NCBI GenBank assembly: GCA_009886115.1
Contig: VFJJ01000077.1
Coordinates: 1-53,766 of the forward strand
Direction of reading: 5' to 3'
DNA from: Actinomycetota bacterium
Lineage (GTDB): Bacteria > Actinomycetota > Acidimicrobiia > IMCC26256 > VFJJ01
Length of the DNA: 53,766 bases
Shown here: one piece after another, positions 11,730 through 22,120 of the stretch
Layout: each line of letters begins with the position of its first letter
How positions within the stretch are numbered: the first letter of the stretch is position 1
The notes under the pieces: generated by a model
Database searches by the model: none
What the model was told of the DNA's origin: nothing
The model's input: the letters and a program-made list of their open reading frames with translations, nothing else
Made by a program: the position numbers and the translations under genes

Positions 11730-12809
11730 TCAGCGCCCGCCGATGACCTCGGTGATCCAGACGGCCAGGCGGTCCCAGAGGACGTGGCGGTCGGGCTCGA
11801 CGTTGTGGTTGTGCTTGGCCCTGGGCAGTACGAACACCGTCGTGGCGGCGTTGGGAAAGTCGCCGGCGAGCAGCTCGACCGGGCCCGTGATGTCGTGCTC
11901 GCCCACGCCGACGAACACCGGGACCGTCACCGCCTCACGCTCGCGCTGCGTGCTCCCGGGGATCATCGACGTCAATCCGCACACGGTGATGAGGCTGGCT
12001 GCGGTCCGGCCGAGCTCGGCGATCACTGCCTCTGGAAGGCCGTCGACCGTGAGCATCCCCGAGGTCGACGTCGCACCCGGCGGCAGGGCCCGGCCGAAGC
12101 GGGCTCGGGTCAGCTCGACGATCGCAGCCTCGATGGCGTCCTGGTCGTGGGCCACGGCCCGCTCGTCGTCGTTCAGGTGCTCGTGGAGCCCGCGACCCGA
12201 GAACCCCAACAACCCCAGGGCGCTGAAGGTGCCGTTCCGGGCCTGTTGCACAACGGCGAGGAGCCCGCCCATCGAGTGACCAACGCCGATCGTCGCGAGT
12301 TCAGGCTGGGCCGCGAGCGTATCGATCCCCTCGATCCCAGCGAGGTCGTCGTGGATGTCCCGGTCGTCGTGGATGTCCCGGTCGTCGAGGTCGGCAAGGT
12401 CGGCGAGGAGCGTGCCGGCCCGCAGCCCGTCGACCACGATCGAGATCACCCGGGCGTTCACAGCGGCCACGACGGCCGGCGTGAGCGTCCATCCGTCGTG
12501 GGGGCGATCGCTCTCGCCCACTCCCGGATGATCGATGGTCAGCAGCCAGAGCCCATGGTGTGTCACGAGATGCTCGGCCATGCTGTATCCGGCGACCCCT
12601 GCGACCCCGCCGTCCCTGCCGGGTCGCAGGTCGAAGTAGCGCCGGCTCATCCCCCCGCCGGGCAGGCAGCAGACCAGCACGGGCACCGCGCTCGGTACGC
12701 CGGGTCGAGCCAAGGCGCCGACGGTCGGAGCGAAGAGATCGACGACGACCGTCGCCACACCGGCCGGGGCCATGTCGCCGACGGGAATCTCCAGGCGCCA
12801 ACGCCTCAA
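11730..12809 (-). CDS. Alpha/beta fold hydrolase
   Basis: CLPGGG, IDHPGVGES, nucleophile elbow GHSMG, GEHD and a C-terminal His. TTG start at 12809 overlaps the GMC stop (TTGA); ATG 12773 is an alternative. Confidence 0.85.
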   Translation of the reverse strand: MRRWRLEIPVGDMAPAGVATVVVDLFAPTVGALARPGVPSAVPVLVCCLPGGGMSRRYFDLRPGRDGGVAGVAGYSMAEHLVTHHGLWLLTIDHPGVGESDRPHDGWTLTPAVVAAVNARVISIVVDGLRAGTLLADLADLDDRDIHDDRDIHDDLAGIEGIDTLAAQPELATIGVGHSMGGLLAVVQQARNGTFSALGLLGFSGRGLHEHLNDDERAVAHDQDAIEAAIVELTRARFGRALPPGATSTSGMLTVDGLPEAVIAELGRTAASLITVCGLTSMIPGSTQREREAVTVPVFVGVGEHDITGPVELLAGDFPNAATTVFVLPRAKHNHNVEPDRHVLWDRLAVWITEVIGGR

Positions 12810-14416
12810 CGGTGCTCGCCCGTGTCGAGACGTTCCGGCGGGTCGCTGGTGCTCGGCCCCCGCGGGCCCAGCAGCTCCGCCACACGCTCGCCGATGGCCA
12901 TGGCGAGCAGGTTGGTGTTGGTCCGCGGCACGGCGGGGATCACCGACGTGTCGGCGATCCTGAGGCCGTCGACACCCATCACCCGGCATTCGGTGTCGAC
13001 CGCGCGGCCGATCCCGCAGCTCCCGACGCCGTGGTAGAAGGCGCCGTGCTTGAGCGTGATGTGCTCGTCGAGCGCGTCGTCGGTCATCGCGAGGTCGCGT
13101 TCGAAGCCGGCAGGGTCGAGGCCGATCCCCGAGGCTCGTACGATCCTCGCCGCGAGCCGCCAACCGGCCCGGAGCCGGGCGAGGTTCTCAGGGACACGGG
13201 CGAACGGCCAGACGATGCGGGCTGGGCCCGCCGGGTCGACGCTGGTGGGGGTGATCGATCCGAGGCCCTCGGGGAGCTGGAGCGACACGCTCATGCCGAG
13301 CGACCGGGTCCCGTCGGCATGCCGGATGGCCCACGGACACAGGTGCAGATCGTGGGTGCGGGCGCTTCCCGGAGCGGTCGTCCGGAGGATGGTCTGGATG
13401 TTGGGAGCGCCGTCGGGCACGGCGTCGGGTCGCACCGGCGCGACGTAGTCGATCACGAAGTGATCCCCGACGTGACCGCCCACGTCTGCGAGGTCGACGA
13501 CGGGGTCGATCCCCAACGCCCGCACGGCGTCGGCTGGTCCGATGCCCGAACGCCAGAGCAGGAGCGGGGTCTGCACGACACCGGCGCTGACGACGACCGT
13601 CGCCGCCTCCACGATCGTGCCGTCGACGAGCTCGACCCCGGTGGCCCGTCCTCCATTCACGAGCACCCGGCGGACGTGAGCGTCGCCGCGAACCCTGAGG
13701 TTCGTGCGCCCCCGAGCCGGCTCGAGATAGGCCTCGTTGGCGGAGATGCGTTCGCGGCCCCGACGGTTCATGGGGACCGGCCCGACGCCGGTGGTGCCGG
13801 GCTCGTTGTGGTCGGGGCATTCCGGCATGCCCACGGCCACGCAGCCGGTGACGAACGCTTCGTGCAGGGCCCACAGCTCGTGCGGTCGGTAGCGCACGAT
13901 CGGGACCGGTCCGGCATTGCCGTGGTACGGACGGTCGCCGAAATCGAGATCGTTCTCGACGCGCCGGAAGGCCGGGAGCATGTCGTCCCAACGCCATCCG
14001 GCCGGAAAGCCCTCGAAGTCGGCGGGCTCGCAGCGGATGGCGACACCGCCGTTGGTGAGCGACGAACCGCCGACACCCCTCCCCCGCTTGTAGCTCAGCG
14101 AACGGTCGGCTCCGGTGGTCTGCGACGTCACCGTGTCGTCCCAGTCGTAGGGCCACGCCACCGGTCGAGACAGCAACCTCAGCTGCTCGGGGAGATCGAC
14201 GATGCTGTGGTCGGGGCCGGCCTCGAGGAGCAGCACGCTACGGGACGGGTCTTCGCTCAGGCGGGCCGCGACGACGCACCCTGCCGAGCCGGCGCCCACC
14301 ACGACCACGTCGCACTCGATGCGCTCGATCACGATCGGCGTGCGTCCGTTCGGACCCGTACCGACAGCAGCTCGTCCGTCACCGTCACCGTCACCGTCAC
14401 CGCGGCATACTGGCAT
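12806..14416 (-). CDS. GMC family FAD oxidoreductase (choline dehydrogenase-like)
   Basis: VVVGAGSAGCVVAARLSE, RGRGVGGSSLTNG, YHGVGSC, GLRIADTSVIP, NTNL. The real start may be GTG 14332. Confidence 0.92.
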   Translation of the reverse strand: MPVCRGDGDGDGDGRAAVGTGPNGRTPIVIERIECDVVVVGAGSAGCVVAARLSEDPSRSVLLLEAGPDHSIVDLPEQLRLLSRPVAWPYDWDDTVTSQTTGADRSLSYKRGRGVGGSSLTNGGVAIRCEPADFEGFPAGWRWDDMLPAFRRVENDLDFGDRPYHGNAGPVPIVRYRPHELWALHEAFVTGCVAVGMPECPDHNEPGTTGVGPVPMNRRGRERISANEAYLEPARGRTNLRVRGDAHVRRVLVNGGRATGVELVDGTIVEAATVVVSAGVVQTPLLLWRSGIGPADAVRALGIDPVVDLADVGGHVGDHFVIDYVAPVRPDAVPDGAPNIQTILRTTAPGSARTHDLHLCPWAIRHADGTRSLGMSVSLQLPEGLGSITPTSVDPAGPARIVWPFARVPENLARLRAGWRLAARIVRASGIGLDPAGFERDLAMTDDALDEHITLKHGAFYHGVGSCGIGRAVDTECRVMGVDGLRIADTSVIPAVPRTNTNLLAMAIGERVAELLGPRGPSTSDPPERLDTGEHR

Positions 14417-14466
14417 CGACGGGCGCGCCTCGACGAGTGGGCCGCCGCAGAGCTCGGAGCGCGGCC

Positions 14467-15765
14467 ATGACCGTCGAGTACGACCCCGTGGCTCCCGAGG
14501 TGCTCGGCAACCCGTTCCCGGCGTACAAGGAGCTGCGCGAGCACTGTCCCGTCCACCACAACGAGCTGTTCAGCCCGCCGCACTACACGCTCAGCCGCCA
14601 CGCCGACGTGCGCGAGGCGCTCGTCGATCACCAGACCTGGTCGATCCGCTACGGCCAGAGCCCGCAGTACACCCGTCCGGCAGCGTTGGTGAACGACCCG
14701 CCCGAGCACACGGCCTATCGCGCCCTGTTCGCCCGGGCGTTCACGCCCCGCACGGTCAAGACGATCGAGGACCAGATCGATGCCTTGGCGGGTGTGTTCA
14801 TCGACGCCATGCTGGCGCTCGGCGGCGGGCCCGGTGCCGATGGAGCGCCGGGCGCGGGTGCCGGCGCGGGTGCCGGTGCGGGTGCCCGACGGGCCGCCGG
14901 CGATCTCCACGACCTCTACGCCTGCCCGTTGCCCACCATCGTGATCGCCAAGCTGCTGGGGATCCCGCCGGAGGATCTCAACCGCTTCAAGCAGATGTCG
15001 AACGACCTCACCGCGACGTACAACTCGTCCGATCCGGCGGTCTCGCTCGGTCCCCGCAAGGCGTTCGACGCCTACTTCGCTGCCGTGCTGGCCGAGCGCC
15101 GTTCAGCGCTGCGTTCGGCCGGCTTCGATGTGGCCGAGGGTGGCCCCCGCTCGGGCCCCGACCAGATCGGCCCCGTCCTCCCCGAGGATCTGGTGAGCGC
15201 GCTGGTCGTCGCCGAAGTCGACGGGCGTCGCCTCGACGATCACGAGTTGTCGTGGATCCTGCTCCTGCTACTGCTGGGAGGTAACGAGACGAGCACCGCG
15301 CTGCTCACGAACCTCATGTGGCGCTTGCTCGAGCGGCCCGAGCGGTGGCAGGCGGTGTGTGCCGACCCGTCGCTCATCGACGTGGCCGTCGAAGAGTCGC
15401 TGCGCTTCGACCCACCCGTGCTGGGTCTGTTCCGCACCCCGACCGCCGATACGACGCTGCACGGGGTGACGATCCCGGCCAAGGCCAAGACCATGCTGTG
15501 CTACGGCTCGGCCAACCATGATCCGGCCGTCTTCGACGATCCCGACGAGTTCCGGCTCGACCGCGACCTCGACGACGTCAAGCGCCATGTGAGCTTCGGC
15601 TTCGGGGCCCATTTCTGCCCGGGTGCCGCGCTGGCCCGCCTCGAAGGACGGGTGACGCTCCGGCTGCTCACCGAGCGCCTCCCGACGCTGGCCCTGGCCG
15701 GCGAGCCCCAGCGCATCGTCGCCTTCAACCTCTGGGGCCGCAGCACCCTCCCCGTCACCTGGTGA
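14467..15765 (+). CDS. Cytochrome P450
   Basis: I-helix GGNETS, K-helix EESLR, heme-binding HVSFGFGAHFCPG; ATG 14467 after GGAG. Confidence 0.96.
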   Translation: MTVEYDPVAPEVLGNPFPAYKELREHCPVHHNELFSPPHYTLSRHADVREALVDHQTWSIRYGQSPQYTRPAALVNDPPEHTAYRALFARAFTPRTVKTIEDQIDALAGVFIDAMLALGGGPGADGAPGAGAGAGAGAGARRAAGDLHDLYACPLPTIVIAKLLGIPPEDLNRFKQMSNDLTATYNSSDPAVSLGPRKAFDAYFAAVLAERRSALRSAGFDVAEGGPRSGPDQIGPVLPEDLVSALVVAEVDGRRLDDHELSWILLLLLLGGNETSTALLTNLMWRLLERPERWQAVCADPSLIDVAVEESLRFDPPVLGLFRTPTADTTLHGVTIPAKAKTMLCYGSANHDPAVFDDPDEFRLDRDLDDVKRHVSFGFGAHFCPGAALARLEGRVTLRLLTERLPTLALAGEPQRIVAFNLWGRSTLPVTW

Positions 15766-15821
15766 CACCACCCACCTCGTGGAAGTGATCGAGCAGCGAG
15801 GCGACCCGGAGGCTGACGCAG

Positions 15822-17012
15822 TCAGTCGGCCAGTGACAGCACGGCTCGCACGACGGAGCCGTGACGAACTGCGTCGATGGCAGCGTCGAACTCGGTGAGG
15901 GGCCAGACCTGGCTCACCTGGTCGGCGATGGTGAGCCGGCCGTGGCGGGCGTGCTCGACGATGGCCGGCAGGTCACGTCGGGGCTCGCAGGCGCCGTTGA
16001 GGCTGCCGACGATACGCCGGCCCCGGAGCAGCGCGCCCACGTCAAGGGCGGCCCGGAAGCCCGGCGGCGGGATGCCGACGAGCGCGACGGTGCCGCCGAC
16101 GCCGACGATCCTGATCGCGGCATCGATGGCGACCGGCGCTCCGCTGCACTCGATGACGACATCGATCGTGGTCGCTCGGCCAGCGACATCGCGCACCAGC
16201 CCGGCGATCGTTTCGGAGTCGCCGTCTCTGGGCGCCAGAACGAAGACGTGGGCCCCGTAACCGAGGGCAGCGGATTCCTTGGCGGGGTTGACGTCGACGG
16301 CGATCACCCGGGCCGCGCCCTCGATACGGGCCGCCGTCTGGATGGCGTTCACGCCGATCCCGCCAACGCCGATCACCACCACGGTGTCGCCGGCCTGTAC
16401 CCGGGCGACGTTGCGGACGACGCCGTAGCCGGTGCTCACGGCGCATCCGACGAGCGCAGCGGCCGCGGCCGGGAGCCCGTCAGCCGCGATCACCTGGTCG
16501 GCGCGCACCACGATCCGCTCGGCGAACGACGCGATGTTGGCGTACGACCGGACGGGCGAGCCGCGCCAGGTGAACATCGGCTCCCGGCTGGCGTAGGTGG
16601 CGGCGCAGTCCGACGGACGACCGTCGGCACAGGCTCGGCAGGCCCGGCACGGCGTCATCGAGCTCACGAGCACGGCCTGTCCCACGTGCAGTCCTTCGAC
16701 CCGGCGCCCGGTCCCGGACCCGGCCCCGGTCCCGTCCTCGGTCCCATCCCCGGACCCGGCGTGGCCCGGCTGTTCCCCCGGCCCGCCGGTACCGCCGGTT
16801 CCGGCCTCGCCGAGGCGCTCGATGACCCCGCCGGCCTCGTGGCCGAGCACCACGGGTGCGGGTACCGGCGAGGTGCCATCGACGACGTTGAGGTCGCTGT
16901 GACAGATGCCCGAGGCCAACACGCGCACCTCGACCTCACCCGGCCTCGGCGGACGCACCTCGAGATCGTCGACGAGCCGCAGCCGCTCGCCGTCGAACAG
17001 GACCGCCCGCAT
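15822..17012 (-). CDS. Zn-dependent alcohol dehydrogenase (MDR family)
   Basis: GICHSD, GHE, structural Zn CRACRAC..C, GVGGIG Rossmann motif. Confidence 0.92.
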   Translation of the reverse strand: MRAVLFDGERLRLVDDLEVRPPRPGEVEVRVLASGICHSDLNVVDGTSPVPAPVVLGHEAGGVIERLGEAGTGGTGGPGEQPGHAGSGDGTEDGTGAGSGTGRRVEGLHVGQAVLVSSMTPCRACRACADGRPSDCAATYASREPMFTWRGSPVRSYANIASFAERIVVRADQVIAADGLPAAAAALVGCAVSTGYGVVRNVARVQAGDTVVVIGVGGIGVNAIQTAARIEGAARVIAVDVNPAKESAALGYGAHVFVLAPRDGDSETIAGLVRDVAGRATTIDVVIECSGAPVAIDAAIRIVGVGGTVALVGIPPPGFRAALDVGALLRGRRIVGSLNGACEPRRDLPAIVEHARHGRLTIADQVSQVWPLTEFDAAIDAVRHGSVVRAVLSLAD

Positions 17013-17033
17013 CGCGAACGACCCGCCCCGGGC

Positions 17034-18146
17034 CTACGACGCCCGGGGCTCGCGGGGCAACCCGAGCACCCGCTCGCCGAGGACGTTGCGCAAGATGTTC
17101 GACGTGCCGCCCATGATCGTGTAGGCCGGCGCGTAGACGATGCCCTGCCCGGTCTGGTCCCACAGGAGTCCGTCGGCTCCGAACACGCGAGCGATGAACC
17201 GGGCGACGCGCTGCTCGTGCTCGGTGCAGTACACCTTCGTCGCCGCACTGAATCCCGTGGGGGCCTGGCCCAACGTCTCCCGGATCACGAGCAGGCGGCC
17301 GATCCGGTAGCCGCATTCGAGGCGGCCGATCTCGTCGCGCACGAGGGGGTCGGTGGTGTCGGCCCGCTCGAGCGCCAGCTCGTACAGCGCCCGGTTCGAC
17401 ATGAGCCGGTCGATGCCACCGCGCTCGTGCTCGAGCTGGCGCATGGTCTGCGCGAAGGCGCCGCCTTCGGTCCCGACCAGGTTGGCCGCCGACACGTGCA
17501 CGTCGTCGAAGAACACCTCGCAGAAGTGCTCGCCCCGGGTGAGGTCGGCGATCGTGCGCACCTCGATGCCCGGCGAGTCCATCGGTACGATGATCTCACT
17601 GATTCCCGCGTGCGGCGGGCCAACGCTTCGGGTGCGGCAGATCAGGTAGATGAAGTCGGCTTTGGCCGCGAAGCTCGTCCAGATCTTCTGGCCGTTCACC
17701 ACGAACTCGTCGCCAGTGCGCTCGGCTCTGGTCGTGAGGCCGGCCAGGTCGCTGCCGGCGCCGGGCTCGCTCATGCCGATGCACCACGTGGAGCGACCGG
17801 CGATGATCTCGGGGAGGAACCGGGCCCGTTGGTCGTCGGTCCCGTAGGCGATGATCGCCGGGCCCATCTGACGGTCGGCCACCCACCATGCGCCGATGGG
17901 CGCGCCGGCTGCGATGAGCTCCTCGGACACGATGAGGCGGTCGATCGCCGGCCGTCCGCCACCGCCGACCGCGGTGGGCCACGTCATGCCGATCCAACCC
18001 TGCGCGCCGACCTCGATCGCCGCTTCGCGCGAGTAGGCGGCCATCCAGCTGTCGTTGTGACGGCCGTAGGTGGCAACGAGGCGGGCGGCGACTTCCTTGG
18101 CCTGTGCACGAAGGGCGAGCTGATCGTCGGTCCAAGCGAACTCCAT
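17034..18146 (-). CDS. Acyl-CoA dehydrogenase family protein
   Basis: WCIGMSEPGAGSDLA, VNGQKIWTS, FCEVFFDDV, TIMGGTSNILRN; ATG 18146 after GAGGA. Confidence 0.93.
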   Translation of the reverse strand: MEFAWTDDQLALRAQAKEVAARLVATYGRHNDSWMAAYSREAAIEVGAQGWIGMTWPTAVGGGGRPAIDRLIVSEELIAAGAPIGAWWVADRQMGPAIIAYGTDDQRARFLPEIIAGRSTWCIGMSEPGAGSDLAGLTTRAERTGDEFVVNGQKIWTSFAAKADFIYLICRTRSVGPPHAGISEIIVPMDSPGIEVRTIADLTRGEHFCEVFFDDVHVSAANLVGTEGGAFAQTMRQLEHERGGIDRLMSNRALYELALERADTTDPLVRDEIGRLECGYRIGRLLVIRETLGQAPTGFSAATKVYCTEHEQRVARFIARVFGADGLLWDQTGQGIVYAPAYTIMGGTSNILRNVLGERVLGLPREPRAS

Positions 18147-18190
18147 GCCCAATCCTCGCGCCGCGACACGGACTACGTCGGCTCCATCCC

Positions 18191-18237
18191 TTCTTTGTGT
18201 CTCAGGTCACTCTGGGCGTGACCCTGGACACAAAGAA
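18191..18237. repeat. REP-like imperfect palindrome
   Basis: TTCTTTGTGTC-TCAGGTCAC-TCTGGGC-GTGACCCTG-GACACAAAGAA followed by CGGGGGG; between divergent genes. Confidence 0.85.
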
Positions 18238-18293
18238 CGGGGGGTGGGGATTACGCTCCGCACATCCGCCACCCTGTGACGAGGAGCACGACC

Positions 18294-19493
18294 ATGCGCG
18301 ACGGCTTCAAGGTCTTCGACGCCGACGCCCACGTGATCTACCCGCCCGACCTGTGGTCGCGCTTCCTCGACGATCGACACCGGGACCGTGTCGGCCGCAA
18401 GCCGGTCGGCGGGTTCGACCACTACAACCCGGTGACCGTCGACGGCCGCTGGACCCAGCACACCACGACCCTGCTCGGCCAGTTCCAGAAGGCCATCAAC
18501 TGGACCACCGAGGACATGGTCGCCCAGTACGGCGACGAGCTCATGAGCAAGGGCTTTCGCGGCGATCTCGTCGCGCAGGCGCTCGAGGTCGAGGGCGTCG
18601 ATGTGATGGTCATCTACGGCCCCGAGTACGACATGTGGCTCGAAGGCATCGACCCCGAGCTCCAGGCAGCCATGGCCCGGGCCTACAACCGTTGGGGCCA
18701 GGAGATGCGCGAGACCTCAGGGGGGAAGGTGATCGCCAGTGGGCCCATCCCGTTGGGTGACGTGACCCGAGCCGTCGAGGAGATCCAGTACGCGTACGAC
18801 CACCTGGGGACGCGTTGCTTTTGGGCCCGCCCCAACCATGTCAACCGGCGCAACCTCGGCGATCGCTACTACGACCCGATCTACGAGCTCCTCCAGGATC
18901 TCGACTGCGCGTTCGCGACGCATGAGTTCATGGGGCTCAACGCGCACACCGCCGGTGTCGAGCGCTTCCACACGTTCACGGAGTGGCACACGGTCGTGCA
19001 CAGCCACGAGGCCCAGTACGCGATGCTGGCGATGATCGTGCACGGCGTGTTCGAGCGCTTCCCGCGGTTGCGGTGTGCGTACATGGAAGCCGGCTGCGGA
19101 TGGGTGCCCTCGTGGCTGCACCGGATCGACGAGCACCTCGAGCTCGCCGGAGCAGCCGAGGCTCCCTCGTTGACGATGAGCGCGACCGAGTACTTCCGGC
19201 GCAACTGCTGGACCTCGACGGAGTGCGAGGACCCGTTCGTGACCGACGTCATCCGCTGGATGGGCGACGACCACATCGTCTTCGAGACCGACTTCCCGCA
19301 CCCCGACTCCAAGTACCCGCACGCCACCGAGCACTTCCTCAACCTGCTGCCCGATCAGCTCTCCGATGCCAGCAAGGCCAAGATCCTCTGGGACAACGCC
19401 ATCGACCTGTACCGCTTTCCCGATGGGTACCTCCCCGCCGTGGCCGCCGGGCCCATCTCCACGCCGGCCTCGGTCGTCACTGCGGCGGGCTGA
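18294..19493 (+). CDS. Amidohydrolase family protein (Amidohydro_2 type)
   Basis: VFDADAHV, GVFERFPRLR.AYMEAGCGW, FETDFPHPDS, KILWDNA; GAGGAG RBS. Confidence 0.9.
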   Translation: MRDGFKVFDADAHVIYPPDLWSRFLDDRHRDRVGRKPVGGFDHYNPVTVDGRWTQHTTTLLGQFQKAINWTTEDMVAQYGDELMSKGFRGDLVAQALEVEGVDVMVIYGPEYDMWLEGIDPELQAAMARAYNRWGQEMRETSGGKVIASGPIPLGDVTRAVEEIQYAYDHLGTRCFWARPNHVNRRNLGDRYYDPIYELLQDLDCAFATHEFMGLNAHTAGVERFHTFTEWHTVVHSHEAQYAMLAMIVHGVFERFPRLRCAYMEAGCGWVPSWLHRIDEHLELAGAAEAPSLTMSATEYFRRNCWTSTECEDPFVTDVIRWMGDDHIVFETDFPHPDSKYPHATEHFLNLLPDQLSDASKAKILWDNAIDLYRFPDGYLPAVAAGPISTPASVVTAAG

Positions 19494-19497
19494 TCCG

Positions 19498-20625
19498 ATG
19501 AGCGTCCCGACCGGCACCGCCCGGGTCATCTCAGCCGATTGCCACGTCAACGAACCACCCCACGTGTTCGACGCCATACCCGCGGCGTTCCGCGATCGCG
19601 CCCCGAAGCTGCTCCGAGGTGACGACGGAGGTGACGGCTGGAGCTTCGACGGCGGCCCGCCCAAGCGCACCTTGGGTGTGGAGGCCACAGCAGGCCAGGC
19701 CGTCGGGAAGATGAGCGGCCTGCGCTTCGACGAGATCCTGCCGGGGAACTACGACGGAACGGCCCACGTCGCCGACATGGACCTCGACGGGATCGACGTC
19801 TCGATCGTCTACCCGGCCAACGCCATCCACGTGTACGTGGAGCCCGACCGGGAGCTGGCCCTGCACTGCACCCGCTCGTACAACGACTGGATCCTCGACG
19901 AGTTCCAGGCCGCCGATCCGGCCCGGCTGGTGGGCCTCCCGATGCTCCCCGTCGACGACGGCGCCAACCATGCAGCGGCCATCGCCGAGGTCGACCGGTG
20001 CCTGCCCAAGGGGGCCAAGGGGTTCTTCATCCCCGGGTTCCCGAGCCGGCCCTATCACGACCCGTCGTACGATGCCCTCTTCGCCCACGTCGCCGAGGCC
20101 GGGGTGCCGCTCACGTTCCACCGGACGTTCGGTGGTACGCCCCCGGCCGAGGACCGGGCCGAGCTCATCAACCTCCAGGTGACCACCGCGGGCACCGTCC
20201 ATCGCTTCTTCTCGGCCGTGCGCCCGTTCACGTACCTCGTCTTCGGAGGGGTGTTCGAACGTCATCCGGGCTTGAAGATCGTGGGCGCCGAGGTGAACTT
20301 CGGCTGGCTCCCGTTCTGGGCCCAGACCATGGAACAGAACCTCGACGTGCGCTCGGCGTTGAACGACGCCGCCCTCGCAACCCGCCCGACCGACCACCTC
20401 GGCCGGAACCTGTTCGTCACCGTGCTCGACGACCACGTGGGCTTCGACCTCGTGCGTTCACACCCCTGGATGGCCGACGCCGCCATGTTCTCCACCGATT
20501 ACCCGCACAGCGTGTGCCTGTGGCCCCGGTCGCGTGAGCACGTGGCGACCCTCACCGCCGGGCTCGACCCCGACGCGTCGCACAAGATCCTGGCCGGCAA
20601 CGCCGCCCGGGTCTACGGAGTATGA
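19498..20625 (+). CDS. Amidohydrolase family protein (Amidohydro_2 type)
   Basis: VISADCHVNEP, GGVFERHPGLKIVGAE, FSTDYPH, KILAGNAARVY; starts 4 bp after the previous stop. Confidence 0.9.
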   Translation: MSVPTGTARVISADCHVNEPPHVFDAIPAAFRDRAPKLLRGDDGGDGWSFDGGPPKRTLGVEATAGQAVGKMSGLRFDEILPGNYDGTAHVADMDLDGIDVSIVYPANAIHVYVEPDRELALHCTRSYNDWILDEFQAADPARLVGLPMLPVDDGANHAAAIAEVDRCLPKGAKGFFIPGFPSRPYHDPSYDALFAHVAEAGVPLTFHRTFGGTPPAEDRAELINLQVTTAGTVHRFFSAVRPFTYLVFGGVFERHPGLKIVGAEVNFGWLPFWAQTMEQNLDVRSALNDAALATRPTDHLGRNLFVTVLDDHVGFDLVRSHPWMADAAMFSTDYPHSVCLWPRSREHVATLTAGLDPDASHKILAGNAARVYGV

Positions 20626-20713
20626 GCACGGTCGGCGGGAGCGATGGCTCCCCGCGACTGGACGTGCTCGCGGGCCATGCCGGGGGCAACGTGGTACACG
20701 TAAGGTAACGCTG

Positions 20714-22120
20714 ATGGCCCAAGGATTCCGGCGTCCCCACCAGGCGGTCGACATGGACGAGGTCGCCCGGCTGTACCAACCGCCCCCGGAGTACTTCGAG
20801 GGCGCGTACCACGACGGGCCCGAGACCATCGAGCGGCGGCAGCTCGTTCGCCTGCGGGAGAAGGCCCGGCGGGCGCAGCGTGTGCCCTTCTTCGCCGAGC
20901 GCTGGGCAGCGGCCGGCGTGGGCGCCGATGATCTGCGCTCACTCGACGACCTCGCCCGCTTCCCCACCTACACCGTCGACGACATCAGGCGCAGCATCGA
21001 GACCCATCCTCCCTACGGCAACTACCAGGGCGTGACTCCGGCCGACGCGCTGCGCGAGCCGATGCGGGTGTTCATGTCAGGGGGCACCACGGGGGCGTCA
21101 CGACCGACGTTCTACACCATGTGGGACCGCGAGGTCGGGGCGGTTCTCACAGCTCGGGCCCTGTATTCCCAAGGGATCCGGCCGGGCGACGTCGTGCTCA
21201 ACAGCTGGGCCTACGGGCTGCACAACGGGGCGCACTGCTTCGACGAAGCGCTGCTGCACTGGCTGAACTGCGTGATCCTCACCACCGGCACGGGGAACGT
21301 CACCAGCACCGAGAAACAGGTCGCGCTGGCCATCGAGTACGGCGCCACCGCCATCCTCACCACCGGCGACTACCTGCTCCGGATCGCCGACGCCGCTCGG
21401 AGCCTCGGCTACGACCCGGCCGTCGATCTGAAGATCCGAGCCCTCCCCAACATCGGCGATGTCGACGCGCTCCGCGACGCCTTCGGCCTGGAGGCCCTCC
21501 GTTCGTACGGCTTCCACGAGGTGCAATGGGTGGCCACCGAGTGCGAGGCCCGCCAGGGACTGCACATCTACGAAGACGCGTTCGTCGTCCAGATCGTGGA
21601 CCCGGAGACAGGTGAGCTGCTCCCCGACGGCGAGCTCGGTGCCATCTGCATCACCGAGCTCTACAAGACCGGCTCGCCACAGTTCCGGTACAACATCATG
21701 GATCTCTCGGCCCTGTACCCCAGGGAGCGCTGTGAGTGCGGGAGCTGGCTCCGACGCATGGCCCCGTTCGCCGGGCGGGCCGACAACATGGTGAAGCTGC
21801 GGGGCGTGAACGTGTGGCCGGAGGGCCTCGGCGAGATCGCATCGTCCGTGCCGGGCACGCTGCCCGATTACTTCGTGCGAGCAGTTCGAGACGGCAACCG
21901 CGACGAGATGACCATCGCCGTCACCTCCGACCGACCCGCCGCCGAGTGGGATGATCTCCGCATGCAGATCGAGCGGCAGTTGCACCATCAGCTCGGTGTG
22001 AAGATCTCGGCCACCGTCGTCGCCCCCGGTGCGCTCGATGCCGACACCGAGATCCACACCTCACCCAAGCCCAAGCGCTTCCGCGACGAGCGCGCCCACC
22101 CGCACCCGGGTCGGGCCTGA
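20714..22120 (+). CDS. Phenylacetate--CoA ligase (PaaK)-family adenylate-forming enzyme
   Basis: MSGGTTG P-loop, YGFHEV, GLHIYED, RYNIMD, GRADNMVKLRGVNVWP; TAAGGT -10 lies 7 nt before the ATG. Substrate not assignable. Confidence 0.88.
   Translation: MAQGFRRPHQAVDMDEVARLYQPPPEYFEGAYHDGPETIERRQLVRLREKARRAQRVPFFAERWAAAGVGADDLRSLDDLARFPTYTVDDIRRSIETHPPYGNYQGVTPADALREPMRVFMSGGTTGASRPTFYTMWDREVGAVLTARALYSQGIRPGDVVLNSWAYGLHNGAHCFDEALLHWLNCVILTTGTGNVTSTEKQVALAIEYGATAILTTGDYLLRIADAARSLGYDPAVDLKIRALPNIGDVDALRDAFGLEALRSYGFHEVQWVATECEARQGLHIYEDAFVVQIVDPETGELLPDGELGAICITELYKTGSPQFRYNIMDLSALYPRERCECGSWLRRMAPFAGRADNMVKLRGVNVWPEGLGEIASSVPGTLPDYFVRAVRDGNRDEMTIAVTSDRPAAEWDDLRMQIERQLHHQLGVKISATVVAPGALDADTEIHTSPKPKRFRDERAHPHPGRA

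Noticed and set aside
12806..14416. Mycofactocin-system MftG assignment
   Set aside because: General resemblance only; no mft cluster in the window, so it is left as a generic GMC oxidoreductase.
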